From NCBI GenBank assembly GCA_036501045.1, contig DASYAX010000407.1, forward strand, positions 8,670 to 72,669: 64,000 nucleotides of DNA, in the 5' to 3' direction. Below the pieces are notes generated by a model. It had not been told where the DNA came from and made no database searches. It saw nothing but the letters and a program-made list of their open reading frames with translations. The position numbers were made by a program, and so were the translations under genes. This document shows positions 17,890 to 27,622 of the stretch, in pieces. This DNA is from Bryobacteraceae bacterium. Lineage in GTDB: Bacteria > Acidobacteriota > Terriglobia > Bryobacterales > Bryobacteraceae. Position 1 is the stretch's first letter; every line of letters begins with the position of its first letter.

Positions 17890-19392
17890 ATGCAGCCAAG
17901 TCCATTTCTCTTGTGCGCCCTGCTTCTTTCGGCGCCGTGCCTCCACGCCGCTTTCAGCGTCAAGGATTACGGTGCCGCGGGAGATGGCAAGACGCTCGAT
18001 TCGGCTGCCATCAACAAGGCGATCGATGCCGCGGCCGCCGCGGGTGGCGGCACCGTTTACTTCCCGGCCGGCAGTTGGCTCTCCGGTTCTATCCATCTCA
18101 AAAGCAACGTTACGCTTTTCCTTGAACAAGGCTCGACGATTTTAGCCACCGCCGATCCTTTGGCCTACGATGAGGCCGAACCTAACCAGTGGGACAAGTA
18201 TCAGGACTTCGGCCATAGCCACTTCCATAACAGCCTGATCTGGGGGGAAGGACTCGAAAACGTTTCGATCATCGGTTCCGGCCGGATCTACGGCCAGGGC
18301 CTCACCCGCTCGGCCAACAAGCGCGTCGGCAATAAGGCCATCGCTTTGAAGCTCTGCCGCAACGTAATTATCCGCGACATCTCCATCCTCATGGGCGGTC
18401 ATTTCGGAATTCTCGCCACCGGCGTCGACAACTTGACCATCGACAATGTAAAGATCGACACCAATCGCGACGGAATGGATATCGATTCCTGCCGCAACGT
18501 GCGAATCTCCAATTGCAGCGTGAACTCGCCGTATGACGACGGCATCTGCCTGAAGGCCGATTACGCGCTGGGCTTTTTCCGCGACGTGGAAAACGTAACG
18601 ATTACCAATTCGGAGGTCAGCGGCTTCGACAACGGGACATTTCTAGATGGCAGCTATCAGCGCAAGGCGTTCGACAAACCGGATAGCGCCGGACCAACCG
18701 GTCGAGTCAAGTTCGGAACCGAATCCAGCGGCGGATTCAAAAATATTACGATTTCTAATGTCGTTTTCGACTACTGCCGCGGTCTCGCGCTCGAGACGGT
18801 GGACGGCGGCGCCCTCGAAGACGTGACCATTTCGAATATCACCATGCGCGACATCGTGAACGCGCCCATCTTCCTGCGGCTCGGCAGCCGGATGCGCTCT
18901 CCGGAAGGCACTCCAGTCGGTGTATTGCGCCGCGTCAACATCGCCAACGTGGTCGTCTACAATGCTGACCCGCGCTACGCTTCCATCATCAGCGGCATTC
19001 CAGGACACGACATTGAAGACGTGAAGCTGAGCAACATTCGCATTTATTACAAAGGCGGGGGCACCAAGGAGCAAGCCTTGCTCACGCCGCCCGAGGACGA
19101 ACAGAAATACCCCGAACCGCGCATGTTTGGCGAGATTCCGGCTTATGGCTTTTTCATTCGTCACGTAAAAGGAATTGAGCTCGACAACGTGGACGTCCGG
19201 TACCTGAAGGAAGATGCCCGGCCGCCGTTTATTCTGCAAGCCGTCACCCAAGCGGAATTCGACAACGTAAAGGCGCAGCATGCCCCCGGCGTCCCCGCCC
19301 TCGTCGCAAAAGATGTCGATGGTTTGGAAGTACGCAACTCGCCCTGGATGCCCGACACAAAATTACGCGTCGTTAAAGACAAGCAATTCTAA
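17890..19392 (+). CDS. Glycoside hydrolase family 28 (polygalacturonase/rhamnogalacturonase-like beta-helix)
   Basis: Signal peptide. FSVKDYGAAGDGKTLDSAAINKAIDAA is a pectate-lyase-superfamily N-terminus. NRDGMDIDSC and YDDGICLK are the catalytic Asp motifs. Confidence 0.85.
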   Translation: MQPSPFLLCALLLSAPCLHAAFSVKDYGAAGDGKTLDSAAINKAIDAAAAAGGGTVYFPAGSWLSGSIHLKSNVTLFLEQGSTILATADPLAYDEAEPNQWDKYQDFGHSHFHNSLIWGEGLENVSIIGSGRIYGQGLTRSANKRVGNKAIALKLCRNVIIRDISILMGGHFGILATGVDNLTIDNVKIDTNRDGMDIDSCRNVRISNCSVNSPYDDGICLKADYALGFFRDVENVTITNSEVSGFDNGTFLDGSYQRKAFDKPDSAGPTGRVKFGTESSGGFKNITISNVVFDYCRGLALETVDGGALEDVTISNITMRDIVNAPIFLRLGSRMRSPEGTPVGVLRRVNIANVVVYNADPRYASIISGIPGHDIEDVKLSNIRIYYKGGGTKEQALLTPPEDEQKYPEPRMFGEIPAYGFFIRHVKGIELDNVDVRYLKEDARPPFILQAVTQAEFDNVKAQHAPGVPALVAKDVDGLEVRNSPWMPDTKLRVVKDKQF

Positions 19393-19486
19393 AAAGCGCG
19401 TTAAAACAGTAGCGAAAACCAGGACGCAGAAGAAACGGGCGCATGTCAACGCCCTGACTTTATGGATGCCTTCCGCTCCTGATCCA

Positions 19487-22147
19487 CTAGTATTTCCGCA
19501 GGAACGCGTCGACGCTTGGCTCCTGAGCCGCTTTGGTCGCGATGCAGACGTCGATTCGCTCCAAGGTCTGGGAAAGCATGCGGGAGCCGCCGAGCAGGTT
19601 GGCGATGCGCGGTTCGAAAAAGCTTTCCAATTCCTGTTTCGACTGGGCATCGCAGTACGACTGTCCCACTCTGGGCAGCTCCGCGGCGAAATCAAACCCG
19701 CCGCCCGTTGGACGCTTCGCCAGGATCTCGTCATAGTGCGCCTTGAGGAAGGTCAAGGGTATCTTGCGGGTTTCCGCGAAACCCTGCCCCGCGAACAACA
19801 GCATGGCGCCCTCGATAAACGGAATCTTTCCGGAGAGCAGCGCCTGCATCCCCTCTTCGAGAGCAGCCGGATCCCGGAAGGCAGCGAGTGCCGCTCGAAG
19901 GCTTCGGCGTTCCGAGCGGTCCTTCGTCTTCTCCAACTCCGCCAGTAGCCGGTCGAAAAACGCTTTATCGCCATAGTAGGCGGCAGACTCCAGCACCGCC
20001 GTCACCAGGTTCGGATTTACTGAGGAGTGGTCCTTCAACCATTCTTCGGCAAGCTCGCGCGCCTGGTGCGCCAGCTCCTCGTCTTGCGCGTAGGTTGCTA
20101 CGTCATGCAGTAGAGTTGGCCGCAAGAGCCGGATATCGTCCGGCTCGCCCGGCTTAGCAACCCAACCCAGCTCGCGCGCCCGCGCGTCAAAATTCCTCCG
20201 GAGAAAGCGCTCATAATTCGCCATGAGGTTGGCGGGTATCAGATGCTCACGCGGGGCGAGCGCGAGATCCAGGGCTTTCTCAACGACGTGCCGATCCGGG
20301 TCCGCGTGGAAGGTTTCCACCAGCTTCAAAGAATCGCCCTCGGCGAGCCTACCGGCATCGGACAACGCTCGCGCGTCGCCCATGAAATTCACTCGCTCCG
20401 GCGCCCGCAGCCGCTGCTCCGCATCACCGTCTGTGAGGTCGGCAAGCAACTGCCCTTGATAACGAACTCGATAGTATCCAACGGCGTTCGCGTTGCCTTC
20501 CACCCAAGCCGGACAATTTTTGGCCTTCAAGGGCCACGCCTGCTCCGATTGCGTCAACATCGTGCAGGCGTTCTCCGCCGTTTCTCCGCTTCCATAACGA
20601 ATGCAAACGGGAATATTCCATTGCTGACCGACAGGAGCCTTGGAGCCGAGTGGAAGAGATCGCTCCTGATGCAGGCGCAAAGTAGGTGCGTTCTGCTTGC
20701 AATCGAGCGAGACCGAGACCAGCGGAACACCCGCCTGGTTTAGAAATGTCGAAAAAGCCTTCGTAACCTCTTTCTGGCTGGTGGACCCGATGGCATCGAG
20801 GAATTCAGGCGCAGTGGCATTGCGAAAAGCGTATTGTTTGAGATATTTCTGCACGCCTTTACGGAACTCCTCGGGACCGACCCAATTTTCGAACATGCCG
20901 ATGACCGCTGCGCCCTTATCGTATGTAATGCTGTCAAAGGCGTTGCCAATATCGCCTTTGGTCACGATTTCCTGTCGAATTTTGCGCGACGATAACAAGC
21001 TATCCGCTTTTTCAGCGTTCAGCTTGGAGTCCACATCGGCGACCCGCGTGTTCCACTCCGGCTTCCATTCGGCAATCAGCTTCTGTTCCATCCACGTTGC
21101 GAACGCTTCGTTTAGCCAAATGTCATTCCACCAGGCGGTAGTTACTAAGTCGCCGAACCATTGATGCGCAAGCTCGTGCGCGGCGACCGACGCATACAGA
21201 CGTTGACGTGTCGTCGTATCGTTCTCAGGCTTGGCCAGGATATAAGACTGGCCATAAGTCACCATCCCGGCATTTTCCATCGCCCCAAAGCCAAAAGTAA
21301 CCGGGATTGCGACATTGTCCGACTTTTCATATGGATAGGGAATGCCGAAATAATCTTCGAGCCGGGTCAGGATGGTGGCAGTAACTTTGGCCGCGTATTG
21401 TGCTTCATCCGCATGACCTTTGGGAGTTACAATGCGAACCGGAACATGATTCCTGCCTGCCGTGCCCGCATCCACATACTCAAAAGGACCTACCGCAAAC
21501 GCCACCAGATAGCTGGGTAACGGCTTGGTTTGCTTGAACACATAGACCTTGCTTCCAGCGCGCTGCTGTTGCTCTGCAATCGGAGTATTACTGATGGCGG
21601 TATCCTGCGCTGGTACAGTGAGCGTCAGTTGCCACGGCACCTTATAGGACGGCTCATCAAAGCACGGGAACGCGCCGCGCGCGTCGGTGGATTCGAACTG
21701 CGTGAAGATGTATTTGTTGCCGTTGTCTTCCATCCCGAAGATGCCCGAGCTGTCTTGCTGACGGACCTTCCCCGTGTAATGAATCAGCAGCTCAGCCACC
21801 TCCGCGGGAACCTGCTTTTCGAACCGCAAACCAATGAAATCGTCACCCGCGGGGATGGTTTTTGCGCGATACGTTCTGCCGCCTGATGTTAAGGAAGCAT
21901 CGATAATACCGATCTGGGTGGCATTCAGCCAAATCGTGCCAGTTGGTTGAGCGATCTTGATTTTTATCGCAATCGTTCCACTGAAATCGTCTTTGCTGGG
22001 ATCAAGTGTCAACTCGGCGCGATAGCTGATGGGAGCGACTGTATCGGGCAACCGCAAGGTGGGAGGCCGTTCATCGGCGAAAGCGCGGGGAGAGCCCAGC
22101 GCGCAAATCAGAGCCGCGGTAGCAACTCCCATCTGTAACTTCTTCAT
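19487..22147 (-). CDS. Secreted M1-family aminopeptidase (aminopeptidase N-like with ERAP1-like C-terminal domain)
   Basis: Signal peptide MKKLQMGVATAALICALGSPRAFA, GAMEN motif, and HELAHQWFGD...WLNEAFA (HEXXH-18-E). Confidence 0.9.
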   Translation of the reverse strand: MKKLQMGVATAALICALGSPRAFADERPPTLRLPDTVAPISYRAELTLDPSKDDFSGTIAIKIKIAQPTGTIWLNATQIGIIDASLTSGGRTYRAKTIPAGDDFIGLRFEKQVPAEVAELLIHYTGKVRQQDSSGIFGMEDNGNKYIFTQFESTDARGAFPCFDEPSYKVPWQLTLTVPAQDTAISNTPIAEQQQRAGSKVYVFKQTKPLPSYLVAFAVGPFEYVDAGTAGRNHVPVRIVTPKGHADEAQYAAKVTATILTRLEDYFGIPYPYEKSDNVAIPVTFGFGAMENAGMVTYGQSYILAKPENDTTTRQRLYASVAAHELAHQWFGDLVTTAWWNDIWLNEAFATWMEQKLIAEWKPEWNTRVADVDSKLNAEKADSLLSSRKIRQEIVTKGDIGNAFDSITYDKGAAVIGMFENWVGPEEFRKGVQKYLKQYAFRNATAPEFLDAIGSTSQKEVTKAFSTFLNQAGVPLVSVSLDCKQNAPTLRLHQERSLPLGSKAPVGQQWNIPVCIRYGSGETAENACTMLTQSEQAWPLKAKNCPAWVEGNANAVGYYRVRYQGQLLADLTDGDAEQRLRAPERVNFMGDARALSDAGRLAEGDSLKLVETFHADPDRHVVEKALDLALAPREHLIPANLMANYERFLRRNFDARARELGWVAKPGEPDDIRLLRPTLLHDVATYAQDEELAHQARELAEEWLKDHSSVNPNLVTAVLESAAYYGDKAFFDRLLAELEKTKDRSERRSLRAALAAFRDPAALEEGMQALLSGKIPFIEGAMLLFAGQGFAETRKIPLTFLKAHYDEILAKRPTGGGFDFAAELPRVGQSYCDAQSKQELESFFEPRIANLLGGSRMLSQTLERIDVCIATKAAQEPSVDAFLRKY

Positions 22148-22183
22148 AAACCGCTATCGTGACACAGCGAATTTGAATCGTCG

Positions 22184-22825
22184 CTAGCCAGACAACCGCA
22201 TCCACTCCTCGGCGCGGCGCGCGAGCGACTTGCGATCGCACGACTCCGGTAATAGGCCTGAAATCACCGCCACCGAATCCGCCTTGGCTTCCAGGACTTG
22301 AGCGGCGTTTTCGATCGCGATGCCTCCGATCGCAACCAACGGCTTCGTGGTAAGAGGCCGCAAAGCCCGCAGGCCATCGACACCCACCATCGGATCGGGC
22401 CGAAGCTTGGTCGAAGTAGCAAAAATCGGGCCCAAAGAAAGATACTCCACCGGCTCCTGTTCGCCGCGCGTGATCTGCAGCGCATTATGGGTCGAAAAAC
22501 CCATCACTTCGTCGCTGATAACCTGCCGCGCGGCCATCGGAGACAAATCGTCCTGCCCTACATGGAGAGCCGTTCGCAGTAACCGTGCAAAATCGGCGCG
22601 ATCGTTTAGGACAAAAAGAACGCCCGTGTCCTGACAAAGGGCCGCTAGCTCCTTCACTTCGTCGAACTGCGCTTGCGTCCAGTTCTCCTTGTGCCGGTAC
22701 TGCAGGATCCTTACCCCCGCTTCGACCAAGGCCCGGCCGGCGGTAAGCACCGGACACTTTCGCGTCGCCAGTAGGGCGGTGTCAAGGATCGGATAGAAAC
22801 GGGGAAGGCGGAAGGCAACGGGCAT
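22184..22825 (-). CDS. thiE: Thiamine-phosphate synthase
   Basis: RFYPILDT, LQYRHKE, VLNDRADFA, HVGQDDL, YLSLGPIFATSTK and VAIGGI motifs in the ThiE order; 213 aa. Confidence 0.85.
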   Translation of the reverse strand: MPVAFRLPRFYPILDTALLATRKCPVLTAGRALVEAGVRILQYRHKENWTQAQFDEVKELAALCQDTGVLFVLNDRADFARLLRTALHVGQDDLSPMAARQVISDEVMGFSTHNALQITRGEQEPVEYLSLGPIFATSTKLRPDPMVGVDGLRALRPLTTKPLVAIGGIAIENAAQVLEAKADSVAVISGLLPESCDRKSLARRAEEWMRLSG

Positions 22826-22841
22826 GCACGAAAATGGCTGG

Positions 22842-25028
22842 CTAGCGCGCGGCCAAGCTTGCCTGACCTTCTTTCAGATAACGATCAAAAAAACGGGCCG
22901 CTCGTCCGAAAGCATCTTTCAGCGTTTCGTCACGCACGTACGCGTGGCTTTCTTCCGGATAAAATGCTTCTTCAAACTGTTTTCCTTCATGGATCAATTT
23001 CTCGGAAAGCTGCACAGCTTCCTGGAACAGTACGTTATTGTCCACGATACCGTGGAAAATGAGTAAGTGATTCTGTAACTGCCCGGAAAAATGGATCGGC
23101 GAGCTGCGTTGATAAGCCTCCGGATTCTCCGCCGGCGTGGTCAGCCGCTCGTCCGTGTAATTGGCATTGTAATTGGCCCAATCGTAGACACCCGAAAACG
23201 CTGCACCCGCCTTGAACGTCGTGGGCGCTTTGAACATCGCCATGGCCGTCATGAAGCCGCCATAGCTCCAGCCCCAGATACCCACACGTGCCATGTCGAT
23301 ATTCTTAAGACCGCGAAGATATTCCACGCCGCCCAAAACATCCTCTAAATCGGGGCCGCCCATGTTGAGATACACTCCGCTGCGCCAATCGCGGCCATAA
23401 TTCGTACTGCCGCGATAATCCATTTCGAGAATGACGTATCCCTGCTCAGCCATGTAGTTGTTAAACACAAAGCGAAGTTCCTGGTAGCTTCCCCATTGCT
23501 TGAGGACGCTCGTGGCGTATCCCGAACCATGTATATAGATGATCGCCGGGCGTGGCTTCTGATTGGGCTGTTCGGGGACATAGCCAGGCGGAAGGAGAAG
23601 CCGCGCCGAAACAGGCTTGCGATCCTTCAACGATGGATAGGTCACGAATCGCGCCGCCGCCCATGGCAGCCGATAGAACTCAGGAAGCGGCGACTTAGTA
23701 ACTTGCTCGCCGTTCACATAGAGGTCGAACGGATTCTTCATGTCCGCCTGCAGCATGGCTCGCGCCTGGCCATCTTTCGACATCCAGCCAATATTGAGTC
23801 CTTCCAGTTTCGACAAACGCTCGGGTGCCCCCGAACCATCCGCCTTCGTCCGGTAAAACTGGCGTTCGGCGGTACTTTCGGCGGTCGACGAATAGTAAAT
23901 CGAATCGCCGATCCACTCAGGGCTATGCGAGAAAGGATCGTTGTGAATCTCCCACGAGCCGTGGGTAATTTGCTTGAGACCGCTGCCGTCGATCGCAACC
24001 GTGTAGAGATGTTGAAAGCCCGATTGATCGCTGGTAAACCAAATGCGCGTGGAAGCCGGGTTCCAACCAACGTCCGAAACCTCTATCCAGCGGTCGTCGG
24101 TTTGATGAAAGACAGCTTTCGATTTTCCCGAATTGACGTCAACGATCCGGATTTCCTCGCTCTTATAGTTAGCCGCTTGGCTCGCCAGCGCCAGATACTT
24201 GGAATCTTCCGACCAGTGCGGCGGCCGCGCGTCGAGCCCATGCCCGGTATCGAGAAGCCGCGGGGGGTTGTCCCCGCTCGCTTCCGCTACATACCATTGG
24301 CGCGCAATCGGTACATCCCCGGCCACCGTTCTGGGAAATGGCGGCGTTGTGACGAACTCACCCGAGTAGTTCGGCAGTGGCACGGTCCGCCCGGCCCGCG
24401 GCTGTACTGAATACGAAAGATAACGGCCATCCGGCGACCAACTGAAGCCGCCAAGGCTCGCGGGAGGTCTCACATCGGTGCGTTGCTCGAGCGTGCCGCC
24501 GTCCAGCGTGAGAATATAGATCTCGCCTGCCTGCGTGAACGCAACCCGTTTGCCGTCCGGTGAAAACTGCGGGCTCACTTCCTGCGCTTTCGTCTTGGTT
24601 AGGCGAAGCAGCGGCCCGCCGCTCGCCGAAGCGATAAAGAGATCGCCGTGATACGAGAAAACAGCTTTGCTGCCATCTTCGGCAAGATCGAACGAAGTAA
24701 GTCCCGCCTCGGGAGGCAGGTAGTCTTTGCGGTGAACATCGCGCTCCGCGTCCGTCTCATTAATCGGATCTTTCAGCCCTTGCAAATCCGTTAGCCGCAC
24801 CAATTTTTTCGAATCGGAGTCGTAGACGTACAGGTCCCGGAATGTTTCGCCCTTGGCGTTCCATAGAAAACCAAGCAAATGCGCATGCTTCGCCCAGGCA
24901 ATTTGAGAAGGCCAAGTCCCCCAAACGTACGGCCGGGAAAACAACTGGTCGAGCGACCAGCCTTGGCCCATCGCGAGGAACGCGGCGGCAAAGAACGCAA
25001 CGATCAATCGAAGCATGAAACCGACCAT
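22842..25028 (-). CDS. S9-family serine peptidase (prolyl oligopeptidase / DPP-like, beta-propeller plus alpha/beta hydrolase)
   Basis: The N-terminal propeller has TolB-like repeats (SPDGKRVAF, SPDGRYLSY). The catalytic region has GIWGWSYGG (nucleophile elbow), HGIVDNNV and ESHAY. Confidence 0.85.
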   Translation of the reverse strand: MVGFMLRLIVAFFAAAFLAMGQGWSLDQLFSRPYVWGTWPSQIAWAKHAHLLGFLWNAKGETFRDLYVYDSDSKKLVRLTDLQGLKDPINETDAERDVHRKDYLPPEAGLTSFDLAEDGSKAVFSYHGDLFIASASGGPLLRLTKTKAQEVSPQFSPDGKRVAFTQAGEIYILTLDGGTLEQRTDVRPPASLGGFSWSPDGRYLSYSVQPRAGRTVPLPNYSGEFVTTPPFPRTVAGDVPIARQWYVAEASGDNPPRLLDTGHGLDARPPHWSEDSKYLALASQAANYKSEEIRIVDVNSGKSKAVFHQTDDRWIEVSDVGWNPASTRIWFTSDQSGFQHLYTVAIDGSGLKQITHGSWEIHNDPFSHSPEWIGDSIYYSSTAESTAERQFYRTKADGSGAPERLSKLEGLNIGWMSKDGQARAMLQADMKNPFDLYVNGEQVTKSPLPEFYRLPWAAARFVTYPSLKDRKPVSARLLLPPGYVPEQPNQKPRPAIIYIHGSGYATSVLKQWGSYQELRFVFNNYMAEQGYVILEMDYRGSTNYGRDWRSGVYLNMGGPDLEDVLGGVEYLRGLKNIDMARVGIWGWSYGGFMTAMAMFKAPTTFKAGAAFSGVYDWANYNANYTDERLTTPAENPEAYQRSSPIHFSGQLQNHLLIFHGIVDNNVLFQEAVQLSEKLIHEGKQFEEAFYPEESHAYVRDETLKDAFGRAARFFDRYLKEGQASLAAR

Positions 25029-25047
25029 TGTACTTGTGACGGCACGC

Positions 25048-26760
25048 TCAATAGCGCCAGCTAGTCAAATCGGCGCCCGGCGGTGCGGTAGCAGCAATGC
25101 GCTCCATGATCTTCGGCAAATACATGGTGTTGTAGTGCAGCCGCGATAAATAGTTAGGTAGCGTCGGGTCGCCGTTCCAGCAATGCTCGGCGCGGTCGCC
25201 ATACCTCACCTCGCCGCGATAAGGCGGGTTCGCCGTCCGTTGCAGGAAATCGTCCATCTTATAAACGGCATCGTTCAGGAAGTAAGTGTCCGCGCTGCCG
25301 ACATAGATATGTATCTTGCCGGTAAGCTTCGGGCCAAGCTTTGGCCAATTGCGCTGTAAGTACGCCCGCAGATCGTAGTGATCGCGCCAATACGCCGCCA
25401 CCTGATGATCAATCTCACCGGTCCGCTTGTTAAAGATCGGCTGGGGATAGCCATCAGCCCCCACCGGTGAATACACTGCCTGCCAGATATCGAACTGTTC
25501 GCCGGAGCGCCCATGGTCACCGAGCGCCAGCTCATAGGCTTGATTGTCTTCGAGCGTCAGCAGCGTGTGTCCCAAATAGTCGCGCATCGCGGGCTGCGCA
25601 ATGCGTTTGTGCGCGCCTTCGAGAAAGAGCGCGTTCTTCTGCGTATAGAGATCGATGACCGTGTAGGCGCTGAAATCAATCGGATCGGGACACGCGGCAA
25701 ACGTGCCGTTATAGTGATCGGGATAAAAGAGCTGCACGGCGAGCGCTTCCCAGCCGCCCGTCGAGCCGCCATACAGAAAGCGCGCCCATCCCTGCCCGAT
25801 GCCGCGAAACTTTTTCTCGATGGCCGGTATCAGCTCATTCTCGATCGCCGTGCCGTAAGGCCCTACATTCGCGGAGTCGACCGCGTACGAATCGTCGTAG
25901 TAAGGGTTGGCGTGCCGGATCTTGACAATAAGAACGCGCGGAAAATGCGGTCCGGTCCATTGCCGGTAGAACTTATACGCTTCTTGCTGCTGAATGCGAT
26001 TGTAGCCCGAAACGTGAAAGCGCTGGCTGTAGTCGGGCTTCAAGTTCGGGTCGGGCGGCTCCGTGCGGAAGTCCGAAAAATCCCGCACGAAGTGATCGTG
26101 AAAGATAATAAGCGGATAATGCGCTTCGAGATGCGTATCAAAACCCTCGGGCACCAGCACAATCGCCGATAGCGTCATCGGCCTGCCCCAAAACTTGCTC
26201 AGCACCGCACTTTGAATTTTGATGTGCCGCACATACTTGGTGTCCGCCGGAATCGGGATCGGAGGAATTTCCCGGTCGAGCTCAATATGGATTGCGGCGC
26301 TATCTTCGGATATCGTGATCTTGCGTGGCGTACTGTACAGATTGCCGGGCGCGAGGTTCCAATGCTGCCCTTCGCCGCGGTCCATCGGCAGCTTGACCAC
26401 CTTGCCGTCCGAACGATGAAAAGTCTCATACAGGTGGAGCACCGCCTGAACCGTATATTCACCGGGCTTCACGTCCGGCAAGCTCCGCACCGGATAGCCC
26501 GCCGCGCTCGCATCCACTTTCATCGCCTGTCCAGGCCGCCAGCCATCTACCGTTACGCCGAAGACCATCTGCGAATTCGGCGTGTCGTTGATTTGCATGC
26601 GCGGCTCAGCCGACGAGTCCGTGGAAAGCAACAGCAGCAGTCGGCCATCCAAAGGCTTCTGGCTTCTTTCGCGTGAAAAAGTGACGAGAAATTGCGGACT
26701 AGCGGCGCTGCTCGCGGCAGAGAGCGAGAGCAGCAAAACGAACCACCGGAAGATTTCCAT
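25048..26760 (-). CDS. Secreted esterase-like alpha/beta-hydrolase (enterochelin-esterase-like 'putative esterase' type)
   Basis: Signal peptide and an N-terminal beta-rich domain. LYGGSTGGWEALA contains a G-x-S-x-G elbow. Function not assignable. Confidence 0.55.
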   Translation of the reverse strand: MEIFRWFVLLLSLSAASSAASPQFLVTFSRERSQKPLDGRLLLLLSTDSSAEPRMQINDTPNSQMVFGVTVDGWRPGQAMKVDASAAGYPVRSLPDVKPGEYTVQAVLHLYETFHRSDGKVVKLPMDRGEGQHWNLAPGNLYSTPRKITISEDSAAIHIELDREIPPIPIPADTKYVRHIKIQSAVLSKFWGRPMTLSAIVLVPEGFDTHLEAHYPLIIFHDHFVRDFSDFRTEPPDPNLKPDYSQRFHVSGYNRIQQQEAYKFYRQWTGPHFPRVLIVKIRHANPYYDDSYAVDSANVGPYGTAIENELIPAIEKKFRGIGQGWARFLYGGSTGGWEALAVQLFYPDHYNGTFAACPDPIDFSAYTVIDLYTQKNALFLEGAHKRIAQPAMRDYLGHTLLTLEDNQAYELALGDHGRSGEQFDIWQAVYSPVGADGYPQPIFNKRTGEIDHQVAAYWRDHYDLRAYLQRNWPKLGPKLTGKIHIYVGSADTYFLNDAVYKMDDFLQRTANPPYRGEVRYGDRAEHCWNGDPTLPNYLSRLHYNTMYLPKIMERIAATAPPGADLTSWRY

Positions 26761-26778
26761 AAGTGGCAGTGTAGTTCA

Positions 26779-27555
26779 TCAAGGATTCTCTTGGAACCGC
26801 CGCGCCATGGAAGCGGTGAATTGAATAGGAGCAAAACGGGTGAGAAACGCCATCAGCCGATTCTTGCCTCCCGCGATCGCGAGCGGTTTGCCCGCTTTCA
26901 TCGCAGCGAGGCCAAACTGGGCAACGCTGAGCGCGCTCATCGCGTGCCCGCTATTGAAGAGTTTGGTGAGACTGGCGCCGGCGCGCTTATCGAATTCTGT
27001 TTTGGTGGGGCCGGGGCAAAGGCACGTCACTTTAACGCCGTACTCGCGCGCTTCGTTATGAACAGCCTCCGAGAAGGAGACCACATATGCTTTACTCGCG
27101 TAATACACCGACATGAGCGGACCGGGCTGAAACGCCGCCGTAGACGCAACATTCAGAATGGAGCCGCGCCGGCGTTCAATCATGTCCGGAAGGAATAATC
27201 TCGTGAGATGAGTCAGGGCGCCGATATTGAGATGAACCATCTGCATCTGTTCTTCTTCATCCAGTTCCCAAAAGCGGCCGAGCAATCCGAATCCGGCATT
27301 GTTGATGAGCATGTCAACCTCGATGCCCGTGCAAATGATGTCATCGTAAAGTTCGTGTGCGGCGGCCGGATTCGATAGATCTTTCGCGAAAATATACGCG
27401 GTCCGTCCGGTTTTTTGCTGAATATCCGCAGAAAGGGCTTGCAGTTGTGGCTTCGAGCGGGCGGTCAAGACAACATCATGACCGTCCTGCGCGCACAGAT
27501 AAGCGAATTCGCGGCCAATGCCGGTAGAGGCACCGGTGATCAGGGCTGCTGCCAT
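26779..27555 (-). CDS. SDR-family oxidoreductase
   Basis: LITGASTGIGREFA (TGxxxGxG), NNAG and YYASKAY (YxxxK). Confidence 0.85.
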   Translation of the reverse strand: MAAALITGASTGIGREFAYLCAQDGHDVVLTARSKPQLQALSADIQQKTGRTAYIFAKDLSNPAAAHELYDDIICTGIEVDMLINNAGFGLLGRFWELDEEEQMQMVHLNIGALTHLTRLFLPDMIERRRGSILNVASTAAFQPGPLMSVYYASKAYVVSFSEAVHNEAREYGVKVTCLCPGPTKTEFDKRAGASLTKLFNSGHAMSALSVAQFGLAAMKAGKPLAIAGGKNRLMAFLTRFAPIQFTASMARRFQENP

Positions 27556-27622
27556 AGTGCTTTGATTTTGTCATTGCCGCTAAAGACTCCGCGATTTTCG
27601 GCCCGAAGACCCGAAAGCGCCG

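Noticed and set aside
19437-19454. Hairpin GGGCG-N8-CGCCC between the convergent GH28 and M1 peptidase genes, considered as a bidirectional terminator.
   Set aside because: Only a 5-bp stem with an 8-nt loop and no flanking T or A tracts. It is too weak to call.
22826-22841. TPP riboswitch upstream of thiE.
   Set aside because: Only 16 nt separate thiE from the upstream peptidase gene, which leaves no room for a riboswitch.
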